64,000 nt of DNA from Candidatus Latescibacterota bacterium. Lineage in GTDB: Bacteria > Latescibacterota > UBA2968 > GCA-2709665. A program made the position numbers and the translations under genes. The DNA lies in contig OZ241917.1 in assembly GCA_965203805.1 (NCBI GenBank), positions 5,248,001 to 5,312,000 of the forward strand, read 5' to 3'. A model generated the notes under the pieces. The model saw only the letters and a program-made list of their open reading frames with translations, was not told the origin of the DNA and did not search any database. Positions 28,430 through 38,257 of this stretch are shown in pieces (position 1 is the first letter of the stretch; each line of letters opens with the position of its first letter).

Positions 28430-29173
28430 TCAGTCGAGGGGATTGTCGAGGGTCCATTTAAGGACGGTATCGAGGCCGGCGAGATGCGCGGCGGTTCGTT
28501 GCGGCATCGGCCAGGCGGTGGGCGTCTCGAAGATGAGAACGTGGTCCGAATGATAATGATATACGTACGGGACGATCCCGCCGATCCCCCACGCGGGATC
28601 GACTTTGTAGACCCCGCGCGAAACCTGGATGTCATTGCCGTCCTCTGAATCCGGATCGATAGGACCCACCTTCTCAACCTCGCGAACGACGTCAGGCCCC
28701 GCGTATTGTCCATCGCGCCGGACTTCATACATATAGAAGCCGGCGGCCTCCCAGTCTTCGTGAAAATCCACGTAAAGGTCGAATCGTTTTCCCTTCAACA
28801 TTCGCCGGCCGATTTCGCCTTCGGAAACATCGGACTCGGAGAACGACCGGTTGATATCCTGACCCTTGCTGTTTTCCCGCTTGTTATTGAGGTACCCCCA
28901 CGGATTGACACACGGCAGAATCAGGAACACGAAATCCTCCAGCAGGTCCGCCGGGTCTCGCTCGAGGAATGCAAGTACGGCCTCAGGCCCCGCCGGTTCG
29001 TCACCGTGGACGCCGCCGGAAAGCAGCACCCGCTTCCTGCCGCGCGCGTCGCCGCCCAACCGGATGCAATGGATCGGATAATCGTCCACGTATCCCGCCG
29101 TCTCCATCTCCATTTTCGCGAGATCAAGCGACTCCAGACGTCGTGTCAACCGCTCGAAATCATGGCCGGACAT
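28430..29173 (-). CDS. M14-family metallocarboxypeptidase / succinylglutamate desuccinylase-like
   Basis: GVHGDE, NPWG, DINR, DFHED, ETP; start MSGHDF at 29173. Confidence 0.85.
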   Translation of the reverse strand: MSGHDFERLTRRLESLDLAKMEMETAGYVDDYPIHCIRLGGDARGRKRVLLSGGVHGDEPAGPEAVLAFLERDPADLLEDFVFLILPCVNPWGYLNNKRENSKGQDINRSFSESDVSEGEIGRRMLKGKRFDLYVDFHEDWEAAGFYMYEVRRDGQYAGPDVVREVEKVGPIDPDSEDGNDIQVSRGVYKVDPAWGIGGIVPYVYHYHSDHVLIFETPTAWPMPQRTAAHLAGLDTVLKWTLDNPLD

Positions 29174-29193
29174 CTCTCCAACACATCCTTTAG

Positions 29194-30012
29194 CTAAAAT
29201 GCTGCCGGTTTGTACCGTATTGCATGGTAGTCGTAATCGCTGGTGATGGGCACGGCTTTTCCGTCCAGGAAGGCCCATCGCCCCACGTCGCACGCGGATG
29301 CGCGGACGAATCCGTTGATGTACGATCGCCGGGGCCGGTTGGTCGTATTCGGTGACGAGCCATGGACCGTGTAAGACGTGAACATCAGCACGTCGCCTGG
29401 CATGGCCTCGCAGGGCACGGCGGAGGAGACGTCCACCTGCGATTCGACGCTTCCCTTCGCGTAACGTTTCACCCTCAAGTTGCCCAGCTTGTGGCTTCCC
29501 GGGATGACGTGCAGACATCCGTTCGCGACGGTCGCCTCGTCCACCACGACGATCGTCTGCACATAGTTGTTTACCTGATCGCGAAACGCGGGTGTGGGGC
29601 GGACGTCCTGGTGCCACGGGAATTCGATTTTCCCGCCCGGCATCTTGAAGTTGATCTGATTGATGAACTGCTTCAACGTCGTTCCAATGAGGGGCGCCAG
29701 GAGCGCGGGAAACTTCGGACTGTTGCGAATCTCCTCGAAGGCGGGATGAATCAGCGCCGGCCACTGGACCTTGCGCAGATATCGAACGGCGTCCGGCCCG
29801 GTCATCGGACCGGGTGTCTGCAGGTGAATATGCACGTCGCGCCGCCTGCCATTCAGGATTTCGTCCGGAAGGTCCGTCCTGGATGCCAGTTCGAGGACAT
29901 AGTCGTAGCCCTCGCGCAGTCGGGCGATCTCATCCCGCCCGAATACGCCCCTCGCCACGTGATACCCCTGTTCCCGGAAGGCATCGACGTCTTTCCTGCT
30001 GAGCGTCGTCAT
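29194..30012 (-). CDS. Phytanoyl-CoA dioxygenase (PhyH) family Fe/2OG oxygenase
   Basis: FREQGY, PWHQD, NGCLHVIPGSH, PGDV..VHGS..N. Confidence 0.9.
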   Translation of the reverse strand: MTTLSRKDVDAFREQGYHVARGVFGRDEIARLREGYDYVLELASRTDLPDEILNGRRRDVHIHLQTPGPMTGPDAVRYLRKVQWPALIHPAFEEIRNSPKFPALLAPLIGTTLKQFINQINFKMPGGKIEFPWHQDVRPTPAFRDQVNNYVQTIVVVDEATVANGCLHVIPGSHKLGNLRVKRYAKGSVESQVDVSSAVPCEAMPGDVLMFTSYTVHGSSPNTTNRPRRSYINGFVRASACDVGRWAFLDGKAVPITSDYDYHAIRYKPAAF

Positions 30013-30064
30013 CGATCAATACCCCGATTCTCAATTGCAGGATGCGTTCGTCAGTTGCAGGACG

Positions 30065-30919
30065 CTATTCCAGTTCCGGCAGGTCCGACTGGTCAATGAG
30101 GACCCTGATCGAGCGCGGTTGACGTGGAATCCTTGAAATGAAGCCCCGCTCTTCCAATCTCTTGAGCATACTGTTTACGGTTGGAGGCGTAACGACGAAA
30201 TAACGCTGTATATCGGCGTGGGCCGGAGGAATGCCGTTCACCTTGGTGTAGTAATGGATAAACGCCAGGTATTGTCCCTGCTTGTAGGTATAGGAATCTG
30301 CGACCACTGAATCGTAGAACGCGTCCATGTCGAATTCGGACAGGTACTCGTTGACAAGATCGATCGGGAAGTACTCGGGGTCGAAATCGCCGCCAATCCA
30401 GTCGATGGTCGCGGAGTGCTCCGGGTGATCGCTGTCCGCCTGAGCTTTGAGGAATTCAGCATATCCGGTGCTCCCGCCGACATTCTCGGGCGGACACGAT
30501 CGCTCACCCGCGAGACACCTGGGTTTGAACTCGTCCGTTTCGGCTTCTTCGATCGCCTCGACCCTCACTTGGTGTATCCAACTGTCACCGAGATCGTATT
30601 CATAGTGAAACTCGACGCCGACAAACGGCGCCGCCTGCTCGAGTGTGAACAGTTCTTCATCCTCCATGCCTTCGCTCCAGTCGTCGAACCCCGGGTCGTC
30701 CAATCCGTAGCGGGAGTCGCCGATGCGAAACTCATGCGCATGGGAGTTCGTCCATCCCATCAAGATCTGAAAGAGAAAATGGAGGTCGCCCAGCGAACTC
30801 TCCCCGTCAACGAGGACGCGTCTCCAGATCGGCGGCTCGATGTTCAGCATGGTGATCTTGAGTTGGTAGATCAAGTGGATTCCTCCCGCTTTCTTCTCAG
30901 CTCTATTCCTTCGCGCCAT
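30065..30919 (-). CDS. pRiA4b ORF-3 family protein with C-terminal LexA/MarR-like HTH
   Basis: YQLKITM..PPIWRRV, MGWTNSH, YEYDLGDSW, CPPENVGG; C-terminal KQGQYLAFI..PPTVNSMLKRLEERGFI. Confidence 0.85.
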   Translation of the reverse strand: MARRNRAEKKAGGIHLIYQLKITMLNIEPPIWRRVLVDGESSLGDLHFLFQILMGWTNSHAHEFRIGDSRYGLDDPGFDDWSEGMEDEELFTLEQAAPFVGVEFHYEYDLGDSWIHQVRVEAIEEAETDEFKPRCLAGERSCPPENVGGSTGYAEFLKAQADSDHPEHSATIDWIGGDFDPEYFPIDLVNEYLSEFDMDAFYDSVVADSYTYKQGQYLAFIHYYTKVNGIPPAHADIQRYFVVTPPTVNSMLKRLEERGFISRIPRQPRSIRVLIDQSDLPELE

Positions 30920-32654
30920 ATCGTCGCAGCAGGGCGCCGATGTCCGCTTCCTTCGTTTCGAGCCGGGCGTATTCCTTGTACCCACGGGGTTTCTCGCTCC
31001 AGGCCAGAGGCGTCGCCCATGCCGCCCCGGCCAGATTCGGATCGGCGCCCGCTTCCAGCATGAACCTGGCGAGTTCGGGCCACTCGAAACGTACCGCCAT
31101 TGCGAGCGGCGACGATCGTCTTTCTCCGCCCAGCACGTTCAGCTCCGCGCCGCGGTCGATCAGCTTTTCCGCGAACACGATTCGATCCTGCTCCGTGACG
31201 TGCCACGTGATCTCCGCGGTCCAGTGAAGCGGCGTGAGGCCGCCCTTCTTCTCGCGGGCGTTCGGGTCGAATCCGTGATCCAGGAGACGCTCGAAGCAGG
31301 AGTAGAAGTGTTCGGCACGGGCACCTCCAGGATTGCCCGGACACCGCAGCCTCCACATGCGCATGGCCAGGCACATCACCTCGTGCATTTCGCTCTCGGT
31401 AAAACTCGGATTCTGTGAGAGGCAGACTGCCACGAGGTCCGGATGCCCGCCATGGACGGCTCCCTTCAGGACCTCCTTTGCACACGATGGATCGGAGTTT
31501 ACCAGCACGGCATCGACGGAGATATTGTCGCTGTTCGCGGCATAGAAACCTGGAGAGGCCCCGTCATCGAACCCGGGAAATGCCCCATGTCGCAACAGCA
31601 GTTTCTCCATCGCGTCGTTCCCGTTCGCGATCGCCCAGTTCAAGGCGTTTCCGGATGCATCCATTACGGTATGCGCCGATGCCCCGTGCTCCAGGAGCAG
31701 CGATGCCATCTCCAGATCGTCGTTGAGGGCCGCGGCGTGCAGCGGCGCGCCTCGCTCGGCCACGGGGTAACCTTCGTACTTGTCATACGGCGTGTCCGGA
31801 TCGGCGCCCCGTTCCAGGAGGAGGCGCACCACCTCACGGTGTCCCTTGTCGGCGGCAATCGAGATCGGATACGCGTCCATCCCGGGATAGTTCCCGGCCC
31901 AGTCGTTCACGGCATCGGGATCGGCATCCAGAAACCGCCGCGCCCCGTGGACGTCGCCGATGGCGCAGGCAACCCACAGGTCGTATTCGGCGCCGCGTCC
32001 CAGCAGAATCCCGCCGATTACCGGCCAGAGGGGGCTTGGCGGGGGGTCCCATCCGCGTTTGGGCCGCGGCCCGAGCGCGAGGTGGATGGGCTTCTTCCCG
32101 CGTGCGTTCGCCCGATTCGGGTCGGCGCCTCGATCCAGCAACTCTACGACCCCGTCCACGTGGTGGTTCTCCACGGCCACGTGGAGCGCCGTATCCCCGC
32201 TCCTGTTTACCGAGTGGATCCCGGGCGGGGCGGCGTCAAGCAGTTCCCTCATCGCATCGATGTCCCGCCTGCCGGCGGCCTGGCAAAGGAGGATTCCCGA
32301 CTCCGTCTCTCCCGAGTGCCTGGACCGCCACGCTTCCATCCCATCGGCAACTTCGGCATGCCCGTGGTGCCGGGCCATGTCGATCGCGGACACGCGCTCC
32401 CGGTACGTTATCCGGGTCGGGCTGGCGCCGGCGTCCAGGAGCAGCTTGACCACCTCCAGGCGCCCCTCTCGCGCCGCAAGGTGTATGGCCTGATAGCCCT
32501 GTGGACCGTCCCGACGCGCAAGCTCGGGTTCCTTCTCCAGGATGGACCGGACGCGGTCCGCGTCGCCTTCGCGCGCCGCCTTACAGATTCCCGCGACGCC
32601 GGCGGATTCATCGTCCCGGGCCGGTCCATTCCTCCGCAGCGTTCTCTTTGCCAT
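30903..32654 (-). CDS. Ankyrin-repeat protein
   Basis: Many TALH/TPLH...LL..GAD.N repeats; probable start MAKRTL at 32654. Confidence 0.88.
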   Translation of the reverse strand: MAKRTLRRNGPARDDESAGVAGICKAAREGDADRVRSILEKEPELARRDGPQGYQAIHLAAREGRLEVVKLLLDAGASPTRITYRERVSAIDMARHHGHAEVADGMEAWRSRHSGETESGILLCQAAGRRDIDAMRELLDAAPPGIHSVNRSGDTALHVAVENHHVDGVVELLDRGADPNRANARGKKPIHLALGPRPKRGWDPPPSPLWPVIGGILLGRGAEYDLWVACAIGDVHGARRFLDADPDAVNDWAGNYPGMDAYPISIAADKGHREVVRLLLERGADPDTPYDKYEGYPVAERGAPLHAAALNDDLEMASLLLEHGASAHTVMDASGNALNWAIANGNDAMEKLLLRHGAFPGFDDGASPGFYAANSDNISVDAVLVNSDPSCAKEVLKGAVHGGHPDLVAVCLSQNPSFTESEMHEVMCLAMRMWRLRCPGNPGGARAEHFYSCFERLLDHGFDPNAREKKGGLTPLHWTAEITWHVTEQDRIVFAEKLIDRGAELNVLGGERRSSPLAMAVRFEWPELARFMLEAGADPNLAGAAWATPLAWSEKPRGYKEYARLETKEADIGALLRRYGAKE

Positions 32655-32719
32655 ATCGGGTAATCCCTTGTGGAACCGCCATCGTCGCCGGCCTGGAGGT
32701 CCGGTTTGCCAGGCGCCCT

Positions 32720-35041
32720 TCAGTGTCCGGTCAGATCTGCGGTCTCCACCAGTTTCCACGTCTTTCCGCCGTCCGCGGACATCATCAGCGCGCGGCGGCT
32801 TCCCTGGTGGTCGTTCCGGTAGAACCAGTAGGTGGAAAAGTAGTCGTACGACAGAAAGAGCCTTCCTGTTCGGTCGATGGTGAGGCGGTGGTAGAAGACG
32901 CTGTATTCCGAGAACGGAGGCACCACAAGGACCTGCGGCTCCTGCCAGGCATCGCCCGCGGGTCGACGCTGATGCGCGAGGGTCGCATAATTGCCGGCCG
33001 GGAAGTAGCTCGTGCCGTTCCACCAGAGCCTGAAGGCCGAATGCAGCGTGTCATCCGGATCGCAGACGAAGCCGATGTAGGTCTGGCGCGCATCCGGCCA
33101 GGCGGCTTCGGAAACGGTCCAGCCGGCGTGCGCGGTGTTCGGAGCCAGCGAGCGGGCATACGGGAAGGGGCGTCCGTGGGTTCCTGACAGGGCGTGCAGA
33201 CAGCCCCGGCTGTCCATGGTGATGCTGGGCGAATTGTGGATATCGTTCGCGGGCGGACCGTAGCCCACCAGCGCGGGCTCGCCCATTTCCCGGGTCTCCC
33301 GGTCGATGGTGGCGACGTAAGTGGGGACGCCCGGAACGTCCTCGTCCGGATCGGTGGCTTCGGCCCAGATGACGTGCACTTTCCCGTCCCTGGAGACCAC
33401 GGAAGCCGGGATGCCGGAATGTTGAGAGAGACCGATGCAGAGATCCGACACCAGAATCGGCTGGCCCATGGACAGCCCGCCGGACGTCTTTTCCGGCAGA
33501 AAGAGTTCCAGGTCGTTGACTTTACGCCAGAAATGGCGTACATCTTCACCGGTACGGGCATAGCGGAGGACGGGCGGCGGGCCGTCGCAGGCGTTGTGGC
33601 CGGTAAACCACTCGATATCAAACGTGAGCGGATGGTCTTCTTTGCCCGCAATCGCGCACGTGGAAAAGGTGAGGCCCTGATCCGCTGAATACAGCAAGTT
33701 GGGTTGACCATTGACATTGGCTACAAGATATAGTAGATTCCCGGAGTCAAAGGCGATCTTCGTGGACGCGGCGCCAAAAACCGCGTTCTCCACGCCCTGT
33801 ACGGAATTCCTGAAATCCGTCGCGGTCCAGGCGCCGTCGCGCAACGTGGCAAGTCCGGTTTCGGTCCGGACGAAGGGCCGGTTGTCCATGTCGAAATAGA
33901 TCTGGTTTTCCACGGGGAGATCGGGCGCGTAACCGAATTGCGCGTTCTCATGTTCGTAAGGTCTGAAAACCAGGGGCAGTTGGATGGGACGCCGGACAGG
34001 TGACGTTCCGGCCCTCAACGTCATCGTCGAATACGTGGAAACCTCGGGAAATCCCTCCGAAGTCGCCCGAAGCCTGCACTGGAGGACGTCGGTCGAAAGG
34101 GGCATGCTGTAGCGGGCGGCGACGCCGGCGCTTTCCATCGGGCCGAGGTCGACGGTGTCCGCGGACAGCCGGACGGGAAAGGTGCCGACCCCGTCGCATT
34201 CGGCATCCAGTCTCACCGTCTGCGGGCGGTTCGAACTGTTCCGGATCGTAAAGTCGATCGAGCCGGACTCCCCGGGGCGGACATACAGGTTCCTGTTGTA
34301 TGGCGTCAGAAGCCAGCGGCAGGGGTGGAGGGGAAAGAAAGAATCCCGGTGCGGGGTCCAATAGGACATATTCGCGTGCGGGTCGTCGTCGCTCCAGCGC
34401 GTGACCCCGTCGATGTGGATTACGGCTTGCTGCGCGGGCAGGTGGAGGCGCCAGGGCGCCGACCGGTGCGTTTCCGCGGCGAATGTCCCGGTGGCGCGCC
34501 CGTTCCGAACTGCCAGGGTATCTGCGAGCCTATCGACCTCGTCGAACACGGACACCGTCTGCACCGTGTCTGGCAGGTCTTCGATTTCAACCGTGAATGC
34601 GCCGGTGGGAGGCAGAAAACAGACGTCACCGGGACATTCCGGAGCCAGCAGGACGACGGGTTCCTGGTGCGCGGCGTCCTTGTGTCCGCGTGACGTCTCG
34701 ATGATGTAGTGCTTGCAGTTGGTCCGAAACGCCCAGACGATCTCCTCGCCGTACCTGTCATTGGAGATGGTGACGTTGAGCTTGTAGATCCCTTTGTGGT
34801 TGACATGCGTCGACAACCGTGTATGTTGAAGCGGTCCCGCGCTGTCGCCCGGCCCGGTATCGGGCAGGGTCACGTCCCGCAGAACCTTCCGGTCGGGCGA
34901 AACCAGAAGCGCGCGCAGGTCCGTGCGGCGGTTGTGGACGTTCCGGTCGCGTTTCTGAAGGTCAATGACAAGCTTACCGGGCTCGGCGAGAAAGTACGCG
35001 CCTCCCGCGCCGCCGATACCCCATCGAATCCTCGAGTCCAT
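32720..35041 (-). CDS. BNR/Asp-box (sialidase-like beta-propeller, BNR-4-like) protein
   Basis: SADQGLTF, DIHNSPSITMDSRG, SADGGKTW. Confidence 0.75.
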   Translation of the reverse strand: MDSRIRWGIGGAGGAYFLAEPGKLVIDLQKRDRNVHNRRTDLRALLVSPDRKVLRDVTLPDTGPGDSAGPLQHTRLSTHVNHKGIYKLNVTISNDRYGEEIVWAFRTNCKHYIIETSRGHKDAAHQEPVVLLAPECPGDVCFLPPTGAFTVEIEDLPDTVQTVSVFDEVDRLADTLAVRNGRATGTFAAETHRSAPWRLHLPAQQAVIHIDGVTRWSDDDPHANMSYWTPHRDSFFPLHPCRWLLTPYNRNLYVRPGESGSIDFTIRNSSNRPQTVRLDAECDGVGTFPVRLSADTVDLGPMESAGVAARYSMPLSTDVLQCRLRATSEGFPEVSTYSTMTLRAGTSPVRRPIQLPLVFRPYEHENAQFGYAPDLPVENQIYFDMDNRPFVRTETGLATLRDGAWTATDFRNSVQGVENAVFGAASTKIAFDSGNLLYLVANVNGQPNLLYSADQGLTFSTCAIAGKEDHPLTFDIEWFTGHNACDGPPPVLRYARTGEDVRHFWRKVNDLELFLPEKTSGGLSMGQPILVSDLCIGLSQHSGIPASVVSRDGKVHVIWAEATDPDEDVPGVPTYVATIDRETREMGEPALVGYGPPANDIHNSPSITMDSRGCLHALSGTHGRPFPYARSLAPNTAHAGWTVSEAAWPDARQTYIGFVCDPDDTLHSAFRLWWNGTSYFPAGNYATLAHQRRPAGDAWQEPQVLVVPPFSEYSVFYHRLTIDRTGRLFLSYDYFSTYWFYRNDHQGSRRALMMSADGGKTWKLVETADLTGH

Positions 35042-35411
35042 GGTCTTCGCCTCCGGATGGTCATCGATGCCAGGTATTGGTACAGGTATAGTGTTAGAAG
35101 TATAAGGTTGGGGGCCGTCAATTAAAACGAAAATAAGCCGGGGGCAGGTTCTGCGGATCTGCTATGCGTCGGCCGGCGCCCGGAGTGCTTCGCCCCGTCT
35201 GCTTTCAAACTCAACGTCGGATCTTTGGAACGAAGAAGCGAGTCGCGTAGTCGAAATGTATCGAAGGAACCACGCCTCGTCGTCGGTTCGTCTCCACAGG
35301 TCATAGATTCACAACCTTCACGTAACCGGTCCGTAACGTTGGATATATATATATACTTCATTGCTGATGGTTTTTGTCGCGGTTTGGTGCAGATACATTG
35401 AGGGGGACAAG

Positions 35412-36182
35412 ATGAAGTTCGTGCTGCATCGGTTTGAAGGATCCATCCTGTCGACTCTGGCCGCCCAGCGGAATAAACGCAAGCGCTTTCAACTGCTCCT
35501 TGCGGATCGGCGAACCGGCGTCCAGGTGGAAAAACGGGACAAGAACCCGGAGGCGGACCTGAAGCGGCGATATGGCCAGGTTCTCGGTCTTTCCTTCGCG
35601 CTTTCCGTCGCGTTGCATGCCGGATTTGCCGTTCTGTTTCCAACCCTGGACATTCAGGCCACAACTGGCAAACCGGATCAGATCGTGATTCAGGTCGAGG
35701 ATCTTCCCGAGACCAGGCAGATCACGCGCCCACCTCCGCCGCCCCGTCCGGCTATCCCGATTGAGACGGAAAGCGAAGACGTACCGGACGACGTGACCAT
35801 CGAGACGACCGATCTCGAATTGGAAGAAGTACCGGTGGATCTGCCGCCGCCTCCGACGGCAGAGAGTGAATCCATCCTCCTCGAAGAGGAGGAAATCCTG
35901 GAAGTCTGGAAGGTGGAGCAGAAGCCCAAGCTGATCAGGCGGGCGATCCCTTCATATCCGGATTTTGCGCTGCGTGCCGGCCTGCAGGGATCGGTGATGT
36001 TGAAAGTGCTTCTGGGCAAGGACGGGAAGGCGGAGTCGATCCAGGTGCTGAAAGGCGAGGAGATCTTCCGGAAATCGGCCATAGATGCCGTTGGCAAGTT
36101 CCTGTTCGAGCCGGCGCGCCAGAGCGATCGGCCCGTCAAGGTGTGGCTCGTGATTCCGATACACTTCAAGCTTGAGGAATGA
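35412..36182 (+). CDS. tonB: Energy transducer TonB family protein
   Basis: TM helix ending SVALH, Pro-rich linker, C-terminal YP..A..AGLQGSV..FEPARQ..PVKVW..PIHF. Confidence 0.85.
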   Translation: MKFVLHRFEGSILSTLAAQRNKRKRFQLLLADRRTGVQVEKRDKNPEADLKRRYGQVLGLSFALSVALHAGFAVLFPTLDIQATTGKPDQIVIQVEDLPETRQITRPPPPPRPAIPIETESEDVPDDVTIETTDLELEEVPVDLPPPPTAESESILLEEEEILEVWKVEQKPKLIRRAIPSYPDFALRAGLQGSVMLKVLLGKDGKAESIQVLKGEEIFRKSAIDAVGKFLFEPARQSDRPVKVWLVIPIHFKLEE

Positions 36183-36210
36183 GAGCGGCCCGTCAGGGGA
36201 TTCTCAATCA

Positions 36211-36248
36211 CAACGGGTTCCGGAAAAACCGGAGCCCGTTGTGTGTAC
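36211..36248 (+). terminator. Terminator-like hairpin; copy 1 of a 38-bp direct repeat
   Basis: caacgggttccgg-aaaaa-ccggagcccgttg; 36/38 identical to 37921-37958. Confidence 0.8.
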
Positions 36249-36266
36249 GTGGGTAGCGGTAAGACG

Positions 36267-36322
36267 TGAGACGGGAGATGAAAAACCTAAAACCGGTGAG
36301 ACGGTAGACGGTAGACGGTAGA
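36267..36322 (+). repeat. Heptamer repeats (gtgagac/gtagacg)
   Basis: gtgagacggtagacggtagacggtaga read directly. Confidence 0.7.
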
Positions 36323-36677
36323 TGATATCTTTGCCCGATAGGTTCTACGTTTATGCCTCCGGCACAAAATGAAACCGGACGCGGCAGGGGATCTCTACTA
36401 AACTCAATTGTCCGGTAATTTATGCTCTGATTGTTGACGTTCCTACCCCGCTACCACACAGCAGGGGCAGGCAAACTGAATCATGCTCCCCGTCATAAGG
36501 GCGAAACAGGGCACGAAGGCGTAATTTTTTTGTCATTGCAATATGGCGTAAAATCCGTTACATTCGATGATTGAGTGTGGCGTCCCGAGAATGACGTCTC
36601 CTTGCCATCCGTCTCTACGATAACGCGATCTTTCCAGCAGAGACAACCGACAGCTTAAACAGATGCAAACGTAACCC

Positions 36678-37814
36678 ATGGAGTCAGCCTTGTTTACCAG
36701 GATTCGCAGTCTGTTCGTTTTCTCGCTCGTCGCTGCCGTGAGCTGGGGCTGCGTTGCAGATAGTCTGCCCGAAAAGATCGAGATCGGCGTTGCACTCCCG
36801 CTGACCGGCCCGCAGATCTTATACGGCGCGCCGGCGTGGGAAGGCTTCCAGTTCGCACTTGAAGAAATCAACGGTTCATCGATACTCGGGGGCTCAAACA
36901 TCGAGTTCATCAGGGAGGATTCCCGAGGCACGGTCGATGCCGCCACGAAAGCGTTCAATAAACTTATCAAAGAGGACGGTGTGTCCGTCATCCTGGGTCC
37001 CGGTATTTCCACCGTGGCGAAGGAGGTGTTTCCGATCGCTCAACAGAGCGAGGTTCTGGCTTTAAGTTCGACATCGACCGCCGTCGGCCTGAGCGCGATC
37101 GGCGACTATATCTTCCGCACGGGCCTCAACGTCGGCACGCTCGCTCCAGGGGCCGTCAAGGGTACGAAGGAGAAACTGGGGTATCGAAAAGTGGCGATTA
37201 TGGTCGATTCGACCGACGTGTATTCCCTCAGCCTGGACGAGGAATTGCGCAACGCCCTTGCCGAGAACGAGGTCCAGATTCTGACAAGGGAGACTTTTGC
37301 AACGGGCGACACCTTGTTTGCCGACCAGCTGAGCAGAATAATGGCTTTGAAGCCGCAAGCCGTGTTTGTCTCGTGTCTGGCGGCGGAGATGATTCAAGTT
37401 CTGGTCAACGCCCATGAGGTTGGCGTCACTTCGATGATTCCTATGATCATACCTGAACTTTCCCTTGCCGAAGTCAAGAAAGCGGGCGACGCCGCCGAAG
37501 GCGCGATTTCCGTATTGAGTTGGGCAAGCAACGCGTCCACACCCGGGAACCAGGCCTTCGTTGAAAATTATATCGCCAGGTACGGCTACGAACCGCATCC
37601 ATGGGGCGCGATTTCTTACGTCTCGCTGGTTGTTCTCGCCAAAGCAATAGCGGAAACCGGATCGATGGACGCGAGTGAGATCAAACGCGCGATGATCAAT
37701 ACCCGGGAGGTCGATACGATTCTGGGGCGTTTCTCGTTCAATCCCGATGGCGACGCGGTTTACAATCCCATTGTGCTGAAGGTGCGGAACGGCGCCTTTG
37801 AAGTCTTCAAGTAA
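36678..37814 (+). CDS. Branched-chain amino acid-type ABC transporter substrate-binding lipoprotein (LivJ/LivK-like), orphan
   Basis: Lipobox SWGC; IGVALPLTG, EEING, DYIFR, LGRFSFNPDGD; no permease genes adjacent. Confidence 0.88.
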   Translation: MESALFTRIRSLFVFSLVAAVSWGCVADSLPEKIEIGVALPLTGPQILYGAPAWEGFQFALEEINGSSILGGSNIEFIREDSRGTVDAATKAFNKLIKEDGVSVILGPGISTVAKEVFPIAQQSEVLALSSTSTAVGLSAIGDYIFRTGLNVGTLAPGAVKGTKEKLGYRKVAIMVDSTDVYSLSLDEELRNALAENEVQILTRETFATGDTLFADQLSRIMALKPQAVFVSCLAAEMIQVLVNAHEVGVTSMIPMIIPELSLAEVKKAGDAAEGAISVLSWASNASTPGNQAFVENYIARYGYEPHPWGAISYVSLVVLAKAIAETGSMDASEIKRAMINTREVDTILGRFSFNPDGDAVYNPIVLKVRNGAFEVFK

Positions 37815-37920
37815 GCCAATCCATGGCCCCTGCTGAGATCGTGTAACGGGCGCGACACCGCCGCGCCCGGCCTTGCCCATCTTCAGGAATGAGAGCGGCG
37901 CGTCAGCAGATTATCGAGCG

Positions 37921-37958
37921 CAACGGGCTCCGGAAAAACCGGAGCCCGTTGTTTGTAC
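37921..37958 (+). terminator. Terminator-like hairpin; copy 2 of the 38-bp direct repeat
   Basis: caacgggctccggaaaaaccggagcccgttgtttgtac. Confidence 0.8.
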
Positions 37959-38104
37959 TGATCGTATTATCAAATGCGCTGCGATAAATTCGCGCCCAAC
38001 CTTTAAATTCCCCTATTTCCTTGCCCTCATATTTGGTTCGACACGAGACGCCTGGTCTTGCTCCCCCTCTCCTGCCGGGAGAGGTTTGCGCCGTCGCTGC
38101 AATT

Positions 38105-38189
38105 GTAGGGGCCTGCCTGCAGCGCCTGTCTGCGTGCTCCGTACAGGCAGGCAGTACGCTGCGCAGGCAGGCAACCCTTGTGGTTGCCC
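38105..38189. repeat. GTAG REP (gtaggggc|aacccttgtggttgccc) interrupted by a nested element (38113-38172, inner 38126-38152)
   Basis: Removing the insert restores a perfect GTAG palindrome; GC duplicated at both nesting levels. Confidence 0.8.
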
Positions 38190-38257
38190 ACTGCAGTAAC
38201 GCGGGCATCGCCGATTGATTTCGCCGGTCCGTATCGCTTACCGGTTCTGGCTGATCG

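Noticed and set aside
29174-29764. Apparent long N-terminal extensions of the M14 peptidase (also ankyrin 32655-33023, HD protein 48684-48878, UDG-like 54876-55235)
   Set aside because: They overlap upstream genes in another frame; downstream starts with an RBS fit better
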